From positions 1,834 to 65,833 of the forward strand of contig DASYKZ010000013.1 of the NCBI GenBank assembly GCA_035994985.1: a stretch of 64,000 nt of DNA, in the 5' to 3' direction. Under the pieces are notes generated by a model, which was not told the origin of the DNA, searched no databases, and saw only the letters and a program-made list of their open reading frames with translations. Shown here one piece after another: positions 48,523 to 58,269 of this stretch (its first letter is position 1; the number at the start of each line of letters is the position of its first letter). Both the position numbers and the translations under genes were made by a program. This stretch comes from Minisyncoccota bacterium. Lineage in GTDB: Bacteria > Patescibacteriota > Minisyncoccia > Phycocordibacterales > UBA9973.

Positions 48523-48921
48523 ATGTTTTCCTCTACTCTTTCACCATATACAATATCGCTTGCAAGACCTCTTGCCAAATATTGGCTTGTGAATGACAAG
48601 CCAGCCGCAAGGATATACGTACCTGCGCAAACTCCGCTTGAAGAACAGTCTTTTCATAAGAGCATGCTTTTCCATATTAAAGCGGGGGATTATATCACCA
48701 CTCTTGCCACTATCCTCCGGTTTTTCCAGGAATCCATCCATGATGAGAAAATAACCCCGGAAATGCGGGAGCTCCAACTCGCCTCCATCGGAAATATAAT
48801 CAAAGACCTGCTGTATCTCAACAAGCACTACACGATAGTGTCTAAAGATGAGAAAAAAGCCCAGAAAAAGCCAGATATTTCCCTTAAAAAAGTAAAAGTT
48901 CTAAATGGTAATATGCTCTGA
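48523..48921 (+). CDS. hypothetical protein
   Basis: ORF only; start moved to ATG after radC stop. Confidence 0.35.
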   Translation: MFSSTLSPYTISLARPLAKYWLVNDKPAARIYVPAQTPLEEQSFHKSMLFHIKAGDYITTLATILRFFQESIHDEKITPEMRELQLASIGNIIKDLLYLNKHYTIVSKDEKKAQKKPDISLKKVKVLNGNML

Positions 48922-50133
48922 ATGAAAAATTCTCTGAAAAATTTAAAATTGAAAAGGCGGGCAATTGCGGCGATGGCCTCCATGCATCTTTTTGGCAACT
49001 CTTCCAAAAAGATGAAGGTCATAGGCGTGACTGGTACAAACGGCAAGACCACAGTAGCGACCCTCTTGTATAGAATAGCCATTAAGCTTGGGTTAAAAGC
49101 CGGCCTTATCAGTACAGTTGAAAATCTGGTAAACGGCGAGAAAATGTCAGCGAATTACAAACTGCATAATGCTCCCTCTACCACGCCCGACCCTATCTTT
49201 TTGCACAAATTATTAAATAAAATGGCCCACGAGAAATGCGAGTACGTGTTTATGGAGGTCACTTCGCATGCTCTCGACCAGGATAGGGTTGCCGGCGTAC
49301 ACTTTGCCGGTGGAATTTTTACCAATCTCACCCACGACCATCTGGACTATCATGGGAACATTGAAAATTATTTTGGCGCCAAAAAGAAATTTTTCAAGAT
49401 GCTGCCGCCTGCCGCTTTTGCGCTTTCAAATGCTGATGATAAATATGGACCGAGGATGCTAGAGGGAATCCGGGCTAAAAAATACACATATGGCCTAAAG
49501 AGCAAATCGGATTTTAGTGAAAAGCTAGAAACAAAATTAATCGGAGATTTTAATATATACAATGCTCTTGCCGCATATGCTGCGCTTACCTTGCTGGGCA
49601 TTGATGGTGGGAAAGTAAAAGAAGTGCTAAAAAACATCGAAGCCCCAAGAGGGCGCTTTGAACATTTCACATCGCCAAATGACGTATTGGTTATTGTAGA
49701 CTATGCGCATACCCCGGATGCGCTCGAGAATGTTTTAAAGACTGTGCAAAGCATTTTACCCGCCTCTGGAGGGGAAAAAAGGGGCAAAGTAATTTCTGTG
49801 TTTGGCTGTGGGGGCGACCGCGACCCGCTCAAGCGCCCTATAATGGGGAAAATCGGAGCAATGTTTTCTGATATCGCTATCTTTACTTCTGATAACCCAA
49901 GAGGGGAGAATCCCGAGAAAATAATAGAAGAAATGAAGGCAGATTTATCTGCGGAGGAATTAAGTAAAGTAAAATCCATTCCTGACAGGCGGGAAGCTAT
50001 CTTGGAATCAATCAAACTTGCGCAAAACGGCGACATTATTCTTTGCGCCGGCAAGGGGCATGAAGACTATCAGGAAATCAAAGGAGTGAAAAACCATTTT
50101 GACGACATGGAGGAATATAAAAAAGCTTTCTAA
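48922..50133 (+). CDS. murE: Mur ligase, UDP-MurNAc-L-Ala-D-Glu:diamino acid ligase (MurE-like, short form)
   Basis: IGVTGTNGKTTVATLL P-loop, DYAHTPDALENVL. Confidence 0.75.
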   Translation: MKNSLKNLKLKRRAIAAMASMHLFGNSSKKMKVIGVTGTNGKTTVATLLYRIAIKLGLKAGLISTVENLVNGEKMSANYKLHNAPSTTPDPIFLHKLLNKMAHEKCEYVFMEVTSHALDQDRVAGVHFAGGIFTNLTHDHLDYHGNIENYFGAKKKFFKMLPPAAFALSNADDKYGPRMLEGIRAKKYTYGLKSKSDFSEKLETKLIGDFNIYNALAAYAALTLLGIDGGKVKEVLKNIEAPRGRFEHFTSPNDVLVIVDYAHTPDALENVLKTVQSILPASGGEKRGKVISVFGCGGDRDPLKRPIMGKIGAMFSDIAIFTSDNPRGENPEKIIEEMKADLSAEELSKVKSIPDRREAILESIKLAQNGDIILCAGKGHEDYQEIKGVKNHFDDMEEYKKAF

Positions 50134-50165
50134 AAATATTTTGTTTTTTGTGCTAATATCATTTT

Positions 50166-51530
50166 ATGGTTGATACTATGGTTGATTTCAAGCAATTTTT
50201 TAAAGGCAAAAAGATTACTCTGATGCGGATAGGCTTGCTCGGGCGGGGGGTGGGCGACGCTGCTTTTTTGGCTGAATGCGGAGCCGAAGTTCTGGTAGTG
50301 GACGATGCCCCCAAAAAAGTAATGCAGCTCTCAGTCGACAAGCTGAAGAAATACAAAAATATTAAGTTTAAGTTTGGAAAATATGACCTCAAAGATTTTA
50401 GAAATTGCGACTTTGTGCTGAAAGGTGCAGGTACACCCATAGATTCACCTGAAATAACTCATGCTAAAAAGCACAATATTCCGATAGAAATGGACGTGTC
50501 TCTTTTTGCCAAGCTGGCTCCAGATGTTACCGTTATCGGAGTTACGGGAACAAGAGGGAAATCCATGACTACTGCGCTTATTTATGAAATTTTGTCCCAA
50601 GATATTAAAAACAAAAAGGTTTTTTTAGGCGGGAATGTGCGCGGGATTGCGACATTGCCGTTTCTTAAAAAAGCGAAAGCGGGAGATATTCTAGTGTGTG
50701 AGCTTGACTCTTGGCAGTTGCAGGGTTTTGGTGATTCAAAAATCTCGCCAAATATTGCCGTGTTCACTTCCTTTATGCCCGACCATATGAACTACTATAG
50801 GAATAGTATGAAAAAGTATTTTGGGGATAAGGCGAACATTTTTAAGTATCAAAAAAAGGAAGACGTATTAATTATTCGTCCGAATGTGAAAAAACTAATA
50901 CAAAAAGAACTTAAAAACCTGCCTGCCGGTAGGCAGGGCAGGCTGATTGTGATAAAGGCAGAAGATGCAGATGAGTATACGTCGACCCTGCCCGGAAAAT
51001 TCCAGAAAGAAAATCTGGCTTGCGCCGTAGCTGTGGCTCTGGAATTTGATATATCTGTCTCGCAAATAAAGAAAGCAGTGAGAAATTTTAAAGGATTGGA
51101 AGGAAGGCTGCAGTATTTAAAAACAGTTAAAAGGGTAAAAATATACAACGACAATAACGCTACTACTCCGGAAGCAACCATGGCGGGAATTGAAGCGCTT
51201 TCACTGAATTTTAAAGATAAAAAAATTATATTAATTTGCGGCGGAGCGGATAAAAATTTACCCCTTGATGATTTTATAAAAGTTTTAAATAAATATTGCA
51301 AAATTGTCATTACTATTCCCGGCAAAGGGACTGATAGGCTGCTTGGTAAAAAGCTAAAAACAGAAAATTACCAAGCCAAAAATTTAAAAGAAGCTGTAGC
51401 CAAAGGGGAAGAGTACGCAGAAAAGGGTGATATAATTCTTTTCTCTCCGGCCTTCAGTTCGTTTAGCCAATACAAAAATGAGTACGAGCGAGGTGATGAA
51501 TTTATCAAAATTACAAAAAACTTGAAATAA
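50166..51530 (+). CDS. murD: UDP-N-acetylmuramoylalanine--D-glutamate ligase (MurD-like)
   Basis: Rossmann N-domain GLLGRGVGDAAFLAECGAEV; VIGVTGTRGKSMTTALI. Confidence 0.7.
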   Translation: MVDTMVDFKQFFKGKKITLMRIGLLGRGVGDAAFLAECGAEVLVVDDAPKKVMQLSVDKLKKYKNIKFKFGKYDLKDFRNCDFVLKGAGTPIDSPEITHAKKHNIPIEMDVSLFAKLAPDVTVIGVTGTRGKSMTTALIYEILSQDIKNKKVFLGGNVRGIATLPFLKKAKAGDILVCELDSWQLQGFGDSKISPNIAVFTSFMPDHMNYYRNSMKKYFGDKANIFKYQKKEDVLIIRPNVKKLIQKELKNLPAGRQGRLIVIKAEDADEYTSTLPGKFQKENLACAVAVALEFDISVSQIKKAVRNFKGLEGRLQYLKTVKRVKIYNDNNATTPEATMAGIEALSLNFKDKKIILICGGADKNLPLDDFIKVLNKYCKIVITIPGKGTDRLLGKKLKTENYQAKNLKEAVAKGEEYAEKGDIILFSPAFSSFSQYKNEYERGDEFIKITKNLK

Positions 51531-51531
51531 G

Positions 51532-52698
51532 GTGAAATACTTATTAATAAAAATATTTTGGTTTTTTGGAAGACCGGTGCAAAAATTATATTGGTTTATA
51601 TTTCGACCAACCTTAAGGGGTGTTAAATGTATTATTGAAAATAATGACAAGTTTTTACTAGTGAAATTAAACTATGCTCACCACAAATGGATAATTCCTG
51701 GCGGAGGGATCAAAAAGAATGAGTCATCTTTACAAGCGGTCATTAGAGAAACTAAAGAAGAAGTCGGTATTGATATAAAAGATTTAGTGTATATAGGTTC
51801 ATATATAAGCCAAAAAGATTATAAAGAAACTATTGTTGAGATTTTCCTCACTAATTCAGATATACTAGATACTAAGATAGATCCAATAGAAATTGAAAAG
51901 GCTGAATGGTTTGAAAGATCAAATTTTCCTGAAAATATTGGCGTTTCAATTCCTAAAGTTTTTAAAATATATGACGAATTTAGACTTAAAAAAAATAATA
52001 AAATTGCGAAAAAACGAGATTTTATAATTGAATTCAATGATAAAAAAATATATGGAGACATTATTTCCAAAGATTCTCAAATAGATATTTTATTTATTCA
52101 CGGCGCCGGCACTACAAACAGAGTACGATATGAACAATTTAGAGGATTTCTTGCTTCAAAAAATATTTCTTCAGCTATGGTCGACCTTATCGGTCATGGT
52201 GAAACTGGAGGCGATATTAAAAATACCAGTTTACAAGAAAGGACAGAAGAAATTTTAGCTGTTGTAAAGGATTTGAAAATTGAGACACCTCTTAAAATTA
52301 TCGCATTTAGCATGGGAGGATACAACGCCATAAAACTTACTGAACTTTTAGAGGTAGAACTTCTGGTTTTATTTGCCCCGGCAGTATATGACACAAGAGC
52401 TCGTGAGGTAAAATTTGGAGCAGGTTTTTCTGAAATTATTAGAAGCGAATATAGCTGGCAAAAAAGCGATGCATGGAATATATTAGATACATATAAAGGA
52501 AAACTATTGCTGTGCATAGGAGATAAAGATGATGTGATACCTTTTGAGATTGTTCAGACAATATATGATAGTGCAAAAAATGCAAAGTATAAGGAAATAT
52601 TTATTATGCCGGAAAGCGGACATAAGGTAAGCTTATATTTGAAAGAAAAACCTGATATGATGGAGATTGTTACTCAAAAAATAATAAAACTTCTATAA
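51532..52698 (+). CDS. NUDIX hydrolase - alpha/beta hydrolase fusion protein
   Basis: NUDIX box GGGIKKNESSLQAVIRETKEEVGIDI; C-terminal HGAG...FSMGG (GxSxG)...D...H triad. Confidence 0.65.
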   Translation: MKYLLIKIFWFFGRPVQKLYWFIFRPTLRGVKCIIENNDKFLLVKLNYAHHKWIIPGGGIKKNESSLQAVIRETKEEVGIDIKDLVYIGSYISQKDYKETIVEIFLTNSDILDTKIDPIEIEKAEWFERSNFPENIGVSIPKVFKIYDEFRLKKNNKIAKKRDFIIEFNDKKIYGDIISKDSQIDILFIHGAGTTNRVRYEQFRGFLASKNISSAMVDLIGHGETGGDIKNTSLQERTEEILAVVKDLKIETPLKIIAFSMGGYNAIKLTELLEVELLVLFAPAVYDTRAREVKFGAGFSEIIRSEYSWQKSDAWNILDTYKGKLLLCIGDKDDVIPFEIVQTIYDSAKNAKYKEIFIMPESGHKVSLYLKEKPDMMEIVTQKIIKLL

Positions 52699-52699
52699 A

Positions 52700-54037
52700 A
52701 TGAAAGAGTTGGATTTATCAAAAATTAATAAGATATTTTTCCTCGGAATCGGGGGAATTGGCATTTCGGCCATAGCCCGCATGATGCTGCTTGAGGGTAA
52801 AACTGTGCTCGGTTCAGACATAGGGGAAAATGAAGTGACATCTGAGCTCAAGAAATTTGGAGCTTTGATAGAGACAGGGCAGGAGCTAAGCCTCATCCCC
52901 AAAGACGTCGACCTCATAATTTACACTATTGCTGTGCCGAGATATGACCCAAAGCTATTTGCTGAAATCAAAAGCGCTTTCAATGTGCCGATATTGAGCT
53001 ATCCAGAGATGCTCGGCGTAGTCACCGCCGACAAGAACACCATCGCCGTTTCCGGCACCCATGGCAAGACGACGACGACGGCAATGATAGCCAAGATTTT
53101 GATTGATGCCAAAAAAGACCCGTCAGTAATTATCGGCTCTTTTTTCGTAGAGAACCAAGAGAATAAAACAAACATCATAGTAGGCAAAAGCGACCTCTTC
53201 GTGGTTGAAGCCTGTGAATACGAACGCTCATTTTTAAATATAAAGCCTAAAATTTTAGTAATTACAAATATAGAGGCCGACCATCTAGATTACTATAAAG
53301 ATTTGGAAGACATAGAGTCAGCCTTTTCTGAGCTTACGCTCCAGACCGAGAATTTTATAGTCCGCAACTCAAACGATATGTCCATGAAAAATGTCCTGCA
53401 AAATGTCTTACAAAGGAGTTCCAAAGCTAAAATCATAGATTATACTAAATATTTGGATAAAGTTCCAAAGCTATTGGTGGCCGGGGAGCACAATAGGATG
53501 AATGCAGCGGCAGCTTTAGCGGTAGCTGAAATTTTACAAATACCTGATGAGGCTGCCTTCAAGGCTCTCTCTCTATTCAAAGGCACATGGCGCCGGCTCG
53601 AGAAGAAAGGGGAAACCAAAGAGGGCGTGATAATATACGACGATTATGCCCACCATCCGACCGAGATAAGGGCCAGCCTGCAGGCGCTTCGCGAGCTTTA
53701 CCCCGCAAATTCAAAAAGAATTATAGTCCTGTTTCAGCCCCACCTCTACAGCCGGACCAAGGCGCTCTTTGAGAATTTTACTAAAAGCTTTACGGGTGCG
53801 GACAAAGTCCTGATTCTGCCTATCTATTTTGCCCGGGAGGAGAAGGACGAAAGCATTTCGAGCGAAAAACTCGCCGAGGCTATCCGGCGGGAAAGGGCCG
53901 ATTCTGAGGCTTTTTCTAGCTTTGAACTGGCAGAAAATGCTATAAAAAGCCTTAATTTAGGAGCAAATGACGTATTTGTGACCATGGGAGCCGGCGAGGC
54001 GCATAAGGTTACCGACAAAATCTTCCAAATTGGTTAG
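52700..54037 (+). CDS. murC: UDP-N-acetylmuramate--L-alanine ligase MurC
   Basis: IFFLGIGGIGISAIARMMLLEGKTVLGSD and IAVSGTHGKTTTTAMIAKIL. Confidence 0.85.
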   Translation: MKELDLSKINKIFFLGIGGIGISAIARMMLLEGKTVLGSDIGENEVTSELKKFGALIETGQELSLIPKDVDLIIYTIAVPRYDPKLFAEIKSAFNVPILSYPEMLGVVTADKNTIAVSGTHGKTTTTAMIAKILIDAKKDPSVIIGSFFVENQENKTNIIVGKSDLFVVEACEYERSFLNIKPKILVITNIEADHLDYYKDLEDIESAFSELTLQTENFIVRNSNDMSMKNVLQNVLQRSSKAKIIDYTKYLDKVPKLLVAGEHNRMNAAAALAVAEILQIPDEAAFKALSLFKGTWRRLEKKGETKEGVIIYDDYAHHPTEIRASLQALRELYPANSKRIIVLFQPHLYSRTKALFENFTKSFTGADKVLILPIYFAREEKDESISSEKLAEAIRRERADSEAFSSFELAENAIKSLNLGANDVFVTMGAGEAHKVTDKIFQIG

Positions 54038-54111
54038 ATTGTTTTCCCCAAGTCAAAACTATGCTATTTTTTATATATTTTGTCAAGTTTAAGGCTTTAA
54101 AATATCCTTAT

Positions 54112-54133
54112 AAATAAGGATATTTTGTATTTG
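54112..54133. promoter_or_regulatory. perfect 10-bp-arm palindrome ATATCCTTAT-aa-ATAAGGATAT immediately upstream of a TTGACA hexamer (54141-54146)
   Basis: Exact reverse-complement symmetry. Confidence 0.35.
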
Positions 54134-54299
54134 ACACCCCTAAAATTTATTGCATAACCATTGACTTTTTTGGCTTAAAGTGATAATATATTTGCAGGTC
54201 TTTATCCCATAGGCGCTTGCTAAATAAGCTTATAGATAAGGACTTTTGTCTAAGTCATACATAGAAGTACGGAGTTTCGCGGAGCACAACCGCTAAAAT

Positions 54300-55019
54300 A
54301 TGAAAAACAAACATGGTTCGGTTTCGGTCTCAGTTCCGGTAATATGTAAATGTCATCCCATTCCTAGTGGGAGCGGAATTCTCCGAAGCAAAAATTTAAT
54401 ACGAGTTATAGAGTCTTTTGTCATATTGCCGGCAATCGCCCTTTCTATCATTTTTGGTGGTATTTTAGGTTCGATGAAAGGTGATATTGGATATCCTCAA
54501 ATCGTCCTTGCCCAGCAAGAGATGGATGTGAGCGGCCTGCCAATTTTTGACAAACAGACTGTGGAAGACAAAGCTCACATGCTTGAAGCTCAGGCGAACG
54601 CCATCGATGCTTACTTTGCCGCCCGAGGTATGCCGATGAAAGGTACAGGAATGAAGATGGCTGAAGAAGCCTACAAGAATGGCATCGACTGGCGCTTACT
54701 ACCGGCTATCGCTGTACGTGAATCTACGGGAGGCAAGCATGGTTGTAAATCAGTACCTAATTCAGATTTTGGTTATGGTTCATGTAAAATTCCGTTTGAT
54801 TCCAAGGATCACGAAATTGAGGTTGTAGCTAGAAATCTAGGTGGCAATAATCCAAATACCGCTAAGCACTATGATGGCAAAACCACTAAACAAATTTTAC
54901 AAAAATACAATCCTCCATCCGTCATTCCTCATTATTACGAGCAAGTTTTAGCTATCATGAATGCAATAGGGGAAGACCCAGGTAAGGCAGCTACCACAGT
55001 AGCTATTTCAAATACATAA
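54300..55019 (+). CDS. membrane-anchored putative peptidoglycan hydrolase (glucosaminidase/GH73-like)
   Basis: LLPAIAVRESTGGKHG...NSDFGYGS resembles glucosaminidase core; weak. Confidence 0.35.
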   Translation: MKNKHGSVSVSVPVICKCHPIPSGSGILRSKNLIRVIESFVILPAIALSIIFGGILGSMKGDIGYPQIVLAQQEMDVSGLPIFDKQTVEDKAHMLEAQANAIDAYFAARGMPMKGTGMKMAEEAYKNGIDWRLLPAIAVRESTGGKHGCKSVPNSDFGYGSCKIPFDSKDHEIEVVARNLGGNNPNTAKHYDGKTTKQILQKYNPPSVIPHYYEQVLAIMNAIGEDPGKAATTVAISNT

Positions 55020-55035
55020 TTACTTAAAGAGAAAA

Positions 55036-55080
55036 TAAAAAAAATCCCACACATAAGACTTATGTGTGGGATTTTTTGTT
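55036..55080. terminator. bidirectional rho-independent terminator ATCCCACACATAAG-ac-CTTATGTGTGGGAT flanked by A8 and T6
   Basis: Between convergent 54300 gene and rpsA. Confidence 0.65.
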
Positions 55081-55094
55081 TAGTATCCGGAATA

Positions 55095-56261
55095 TTATTC
55101 CAGATATACCAAAGTCATCTTCTGGTCTTTCGGTTCAAAGAGGGTGATTTGGAAGTTGTATGTCTTACCAAGTTCCAATTTTTGATGCAGTTCCGCCTCA
55201 GAAGCAAAAGTGGAATTGTGTACCAGTCCGGCCACTCCTTCCTTGATGGAGATGAGCGCGCCATGCCTGTTGTACTTGATTACTACTCCTTTGATGATGT
55301 CTCCTTTGGATAGTTTTTTCTCAAATTCTTTCCATGGATTCTCCTTTAAAGCCTTGATAGACAAGGATATTTTGCCTTCTTTTATTTCGATTACTTTGGC
55401 CTGGACTTGGTCGCCAAGTTTAAACATCGCCCGGGGATCCTCTACCAGGCCCCAGTCGAGTTCAGAAATATGCACTAGTCCTTCCAGTCCGTCTTCCAGC
55501 TTTAGAAACACTCCAAAGTCTACAATACCAGCTACAGTACAGTTTAGATTGTCTCCGACATTGTATTTGCTCAGTATTTCTTTCTTGTCTTCAGGGTTGT
55601 TGTCTTTTTCAGAGAATATAAGTTTGCCTTCGGCGGGAAGGGTAGAGATGATGATTACCGGAATGCTCTCTCCGACTAATTTCTTCAGTTCTTTTAGTAT
55701 CTTGTCTTTGTCGGAGTCTAATACGCGCGGGTAGTGCTCGGCTTTGAGCTGGGAAGCCGGCAAGAAGCCTTGGATACCTTGCCACTCCAGGATAAGTCCG
55801 CCTTTGTTGGCATCTTTCACTTCAAGGTTTAATACTGTCTTTGCCTTGATGGCTTTTTCAGCTTCATTCCAAGTGACTGCCTGCTTTGCCTCTTTTAGGG
55901 AAAGCTCGGTGTATCCTTCAGTATTTTCCACGTCGACGACTTTGGCTTTTATCATGTCGCCCACCCGTATTTTCTTGATTATATCTTTAGCGTTGATAAA
56001 CTCGCGGCCATAAATGATGCCTGTGCCAAATGGCGCCAAGTCGATGAAGACTGACGATTTTTGGACCAGTATGACCATTCCCTCTACTATAGAGTCCGCT
56101 TGGGGCTTGATAAGGCTCCTCGTGACTATAGACTTCAAAACTGGGTTCTCTGCTACTGTTGTTTCTTCTTTATCCATACTATTAATTTTATGCGCCTCTG
56201 GCGCGAAAAAATCCGCCTCAAAGCGGATAAAAGGTCTAGGTTCTAAAGAGGCTACGTACAC
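55095..56261 (-). CDS. rpsA: 30S ribosomal protein S1 (short, 4 S1 domains)
   Basis: Repeated S1 OB-fold motifs (G..V.G.V..I...G.FV). Confidence 0.8.
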   Translation of the reverse strand: MYVASLEPRPFIRFEADFFAPEAHKINSMDKEETTVAENPVLKSIVTRSLIKPQADSIVEGMVILVQKSSVFIDLAPFGTGIIYGREFINAKDIIKKIRVGDMIKAKVVDVENTEGYTELSLKEAKQAVTWNEAEKAIKAKTVLNLEVKDANKGGLILEWQGIQGFLPASQLKAEHYPRVLDSDKDKILKELKKLVGESIPVIIISTLPAEGKLIFSEKDNNPEDKKEILSKYNVGDNLNCTVAGIVDFGVFLKLEDGLEGLVHISELDWGLVEDPRAMFKLGDQVQAKVIEIKEGKISLSIKALKENPWKEFEKKLSKGDIIKGVVIKYNRHGALISIKEGVAGLVHNSTFASEAELHQKLELGKTYNFQITLFEPKDQKMTLVYLE

Positions 56262-56356
56262 TCAATAGGGTTACCCTAAATCCATGCTTTTAATAAATAC
56301 TCAAATACATCAACATATTACTATAAACTCACAAAAATGCAAGCTGTTTTATTGCT

Positions 56357-57310
56357 TTATTTTTTTTCAGATTGTCTGAGTATTTCACTAGCTTCTTCCT
56401 TGCTTATATATCCATTCTTTACCCAACCGTTAACAGTACTCTTAAAAGTGTGAGGACCTGCAACAGCAGCTTTTTTGATATCACTAAGTACAAATTTCTT
56501 TACGAAGGGAAAATCCATTACTTCTTCTCGTGTAATATAGTTTACTTTTATCCAATCCTTTATTGTTGATTCGAAGGTTGCTGGACCCGTAATAGCAGCT
56601 TTTTTGATATCATTGATTACAAATTCTCTTACGAATGGAAGAGCTTGTATCTCCTTAAAGGTTATATATTCATCTTTTATCCAATCCTTTATTGTTGATT
56701 TGAAAGTTGATGGACCTATAACAGCAGCTTTTTTGATATCACTAAGTACAAATTTCTTTACGAAGGGAAGATTGACAATTTCTGCTTTCGTGATGATTCC
56801 TGTTTTTACCCAATTATTAACAATTCCCTTAAAAGTATAAGGACCTGTGTTTTGGGCTTCTTCTATTTCTTTAATTGCTCTAGCCTTTTTTTTCTCAGCA
56901 GATTCTGGGGGTTGTGTCGGTCTTGGTGGAGGAGAGTAAGTTTTTTGATTACGTGGTGGAGTAGAAGAATAAGTTTTATTTGAGCCTGAAGTTGGTGGCG
57001 GAGTCCATCGACCGTGCTTTCGGTCATATCTTGTTTTTTGTTCTTGGTTAGTTAAGGTATTTTTTGCTTCTGAATATAAACTGAAAATTTCCTTGTAAGA
57101 TTCCTCTAGCTCTTTGTGTTTTCCATCTGGATGAAATTGAGTAGCTGATTTTCTGAAAGCTTTATTAATCTCATCAGTTGTAGCACTTGTTGAAAGTTTA
57201 AGCCGAGAATAAAAATCCTGCCCAGATAGCTGGTTAGCTAATTGAGCTAGCCGAGCTTTTTCTGCGGGCAAATTATTTTCTTTTGTTCCATGGCCAGGGA
57301 CACTATCCAT
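56357..57310 (-). CDS. J-domain (DnaJ-like) protein with four C-terminal ~40-aa tandem repeats
   Basis: J-domain DFYSRLKLS...EINKAFRKSATQFHPDGK; repeats GPxTFKSTIKDWIKxxYIT..E...LPFVKKFVLSDIKKAAV; ORF-track start 57394 is an alternative. Confidence 0.65.
   Translation of the reverse strand: MDSVPGHGTKENNLPAEKARLAQLANQLSGQDFYSRLKLSTSATTDEINKAFRKSATQFHPDGKHKELEESYKEIFSLYSEAKNTLTNQEQKTRYDRKHGRWTPPPTSGSNKTYSSTPPRNQKTYSPPPRPTQPPESAEKKKARAIKEIEEAQNTGPYTFKGIVNNWVKTGIITKAEIVNLPFVKKFVLSDIKKAAVIGPSTFKSTIKDWIKDEYITFKEIQALPFVREFVINDIKKAAITGPATFESTIKDWIKVNYITREEVMDFPFVKKFVLSDIKKAAVAGPHTFKSTVNGWVKNGYISKEEASEILRQSEKK
56400..56880 (-). repeat. intragenic ~120-bp tandem DNA repeats (x4) encoding the 40-aa protein repeats
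   Basis: AGCAGCTTTTTTGATATCACTAAGTACAAATTTCTTTACGAAGGGA recurs at ~56469, ~56592, ~56713. Confidence 0.6.
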
Positions 57311-57394
57311 AATATTTTCATTATACGTATTTATAATGAAATAACAAGTAAATACAGCTACCTTTTTCTTAGATTTTTTGCTATAATAAACCAA

Positions 57395-58039
57395 ATGATT
57401 ATCACATATTTCGGAAAACAGTTTTTTAAGATAGAGCAGGGCAAGCTGGTCATAGCTTTCAATCCCGTCAGCAAGGCCTCAAAAACAGGCATCAATACCA
57501 AGTTTGGTGCAGACATTGCTCTGGTTACCGCGAACCATGCTGATTACAATGGCCTTGAGCAGCTCTCCCACGGAGAGCGTTCGCCCTTTATCGTGAATGG
57601 TCCGGGAGACTACGAAGTCAAAGAAATTTTCATCAAAGGCGTATTGTCCAACGCTTCCATTGCCGGCAGGAATTATATCAATACCATTTATTCATTTTCA
57701 GTCGACAATATAAATATTGTATTTTTGGGAGTGCTCGGAAACATAGAGCTTTCCAAAGAAGCCCGCGAAGCAATCAGCAATTCTGATATTCTTTTTATAC
57801 CTATAGGAGGCAAAGACTCCGGGACCGGAGCAAGCTTACTAGATGCCAAAGGCGCGGCCAAGCTGGCCTCTGTCCTAGAACCCAAGCTCATCATACCGAT
57901 GGATTACGACGCTGCCTCGCTCAAAGCATTCCTCAAAGAATCCGGAGAAGAAAAAGCTGAAGTCGTAGACAAGCTGACGCTTAAATTAAAAGATTTAGAT
58001 AATAAAGAGGGGGAAGTAATCGTACTTCAGGCAATTTAA
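57395..58039 (+). CDS. MBL-fold metallo-hydrolase-like protein with degenerate metal-binding motif
   Basis: ALVTANHADYNG in place of HxHxDH; GDILFIPIGG; TATAAT 6 nt upstream of ATG. Confidence 0.4.
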   Translation: MIITYFGKQFFKIEQGKLVIAFNPVSKASKTGINTKFGADIALVTANHADYNGLEQLSHGERSPFIVNGPGDYEVKEIFIKGVLSNASIAGRNYINTIYSFSVDNINIVFLGVLGNIELSKEAREAISNSDILFIPIGGKDSGTGASLLDAKGAAKLASVLEPKLIIPMDYDAASLKAFLKESGEEKAEVVDKLTLKLKDLDNKEGEVIVLQAI

Positions 58040-58056
58040 TAATTTAAATTAAATAT

Positions 58057-58269
58057 ATGAAAAAATTTATACACCACCTTAGAAAGCAGCCCGAAGAAGC
58101 GAGAAGACATATCTTGCACCTTCTTACCCTTATTTTTGCAATTATTCTGATAGCCTTATGGGTGTATTCCTTAGGAGCAAATTTCAGCAATCCGGATACG
58201 GAAGCGAAAATATCCGAGGGAGTAAAGCCGTTTTCCGCACTGAAAGATAATATATCGTCATTATGGTAA
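58057..58269 (+). CDS. small membrane protein, hypothetical
   Basis: One TM helix; overlaps gyrA start by 7 nt. Confidence 0.3.
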   Translation: MKKFIHHLRKQPEEARRHILHLLTLIFAIILIALWVYSLGANFSNPDTEAKISEGVKPFSALKDNISSLW

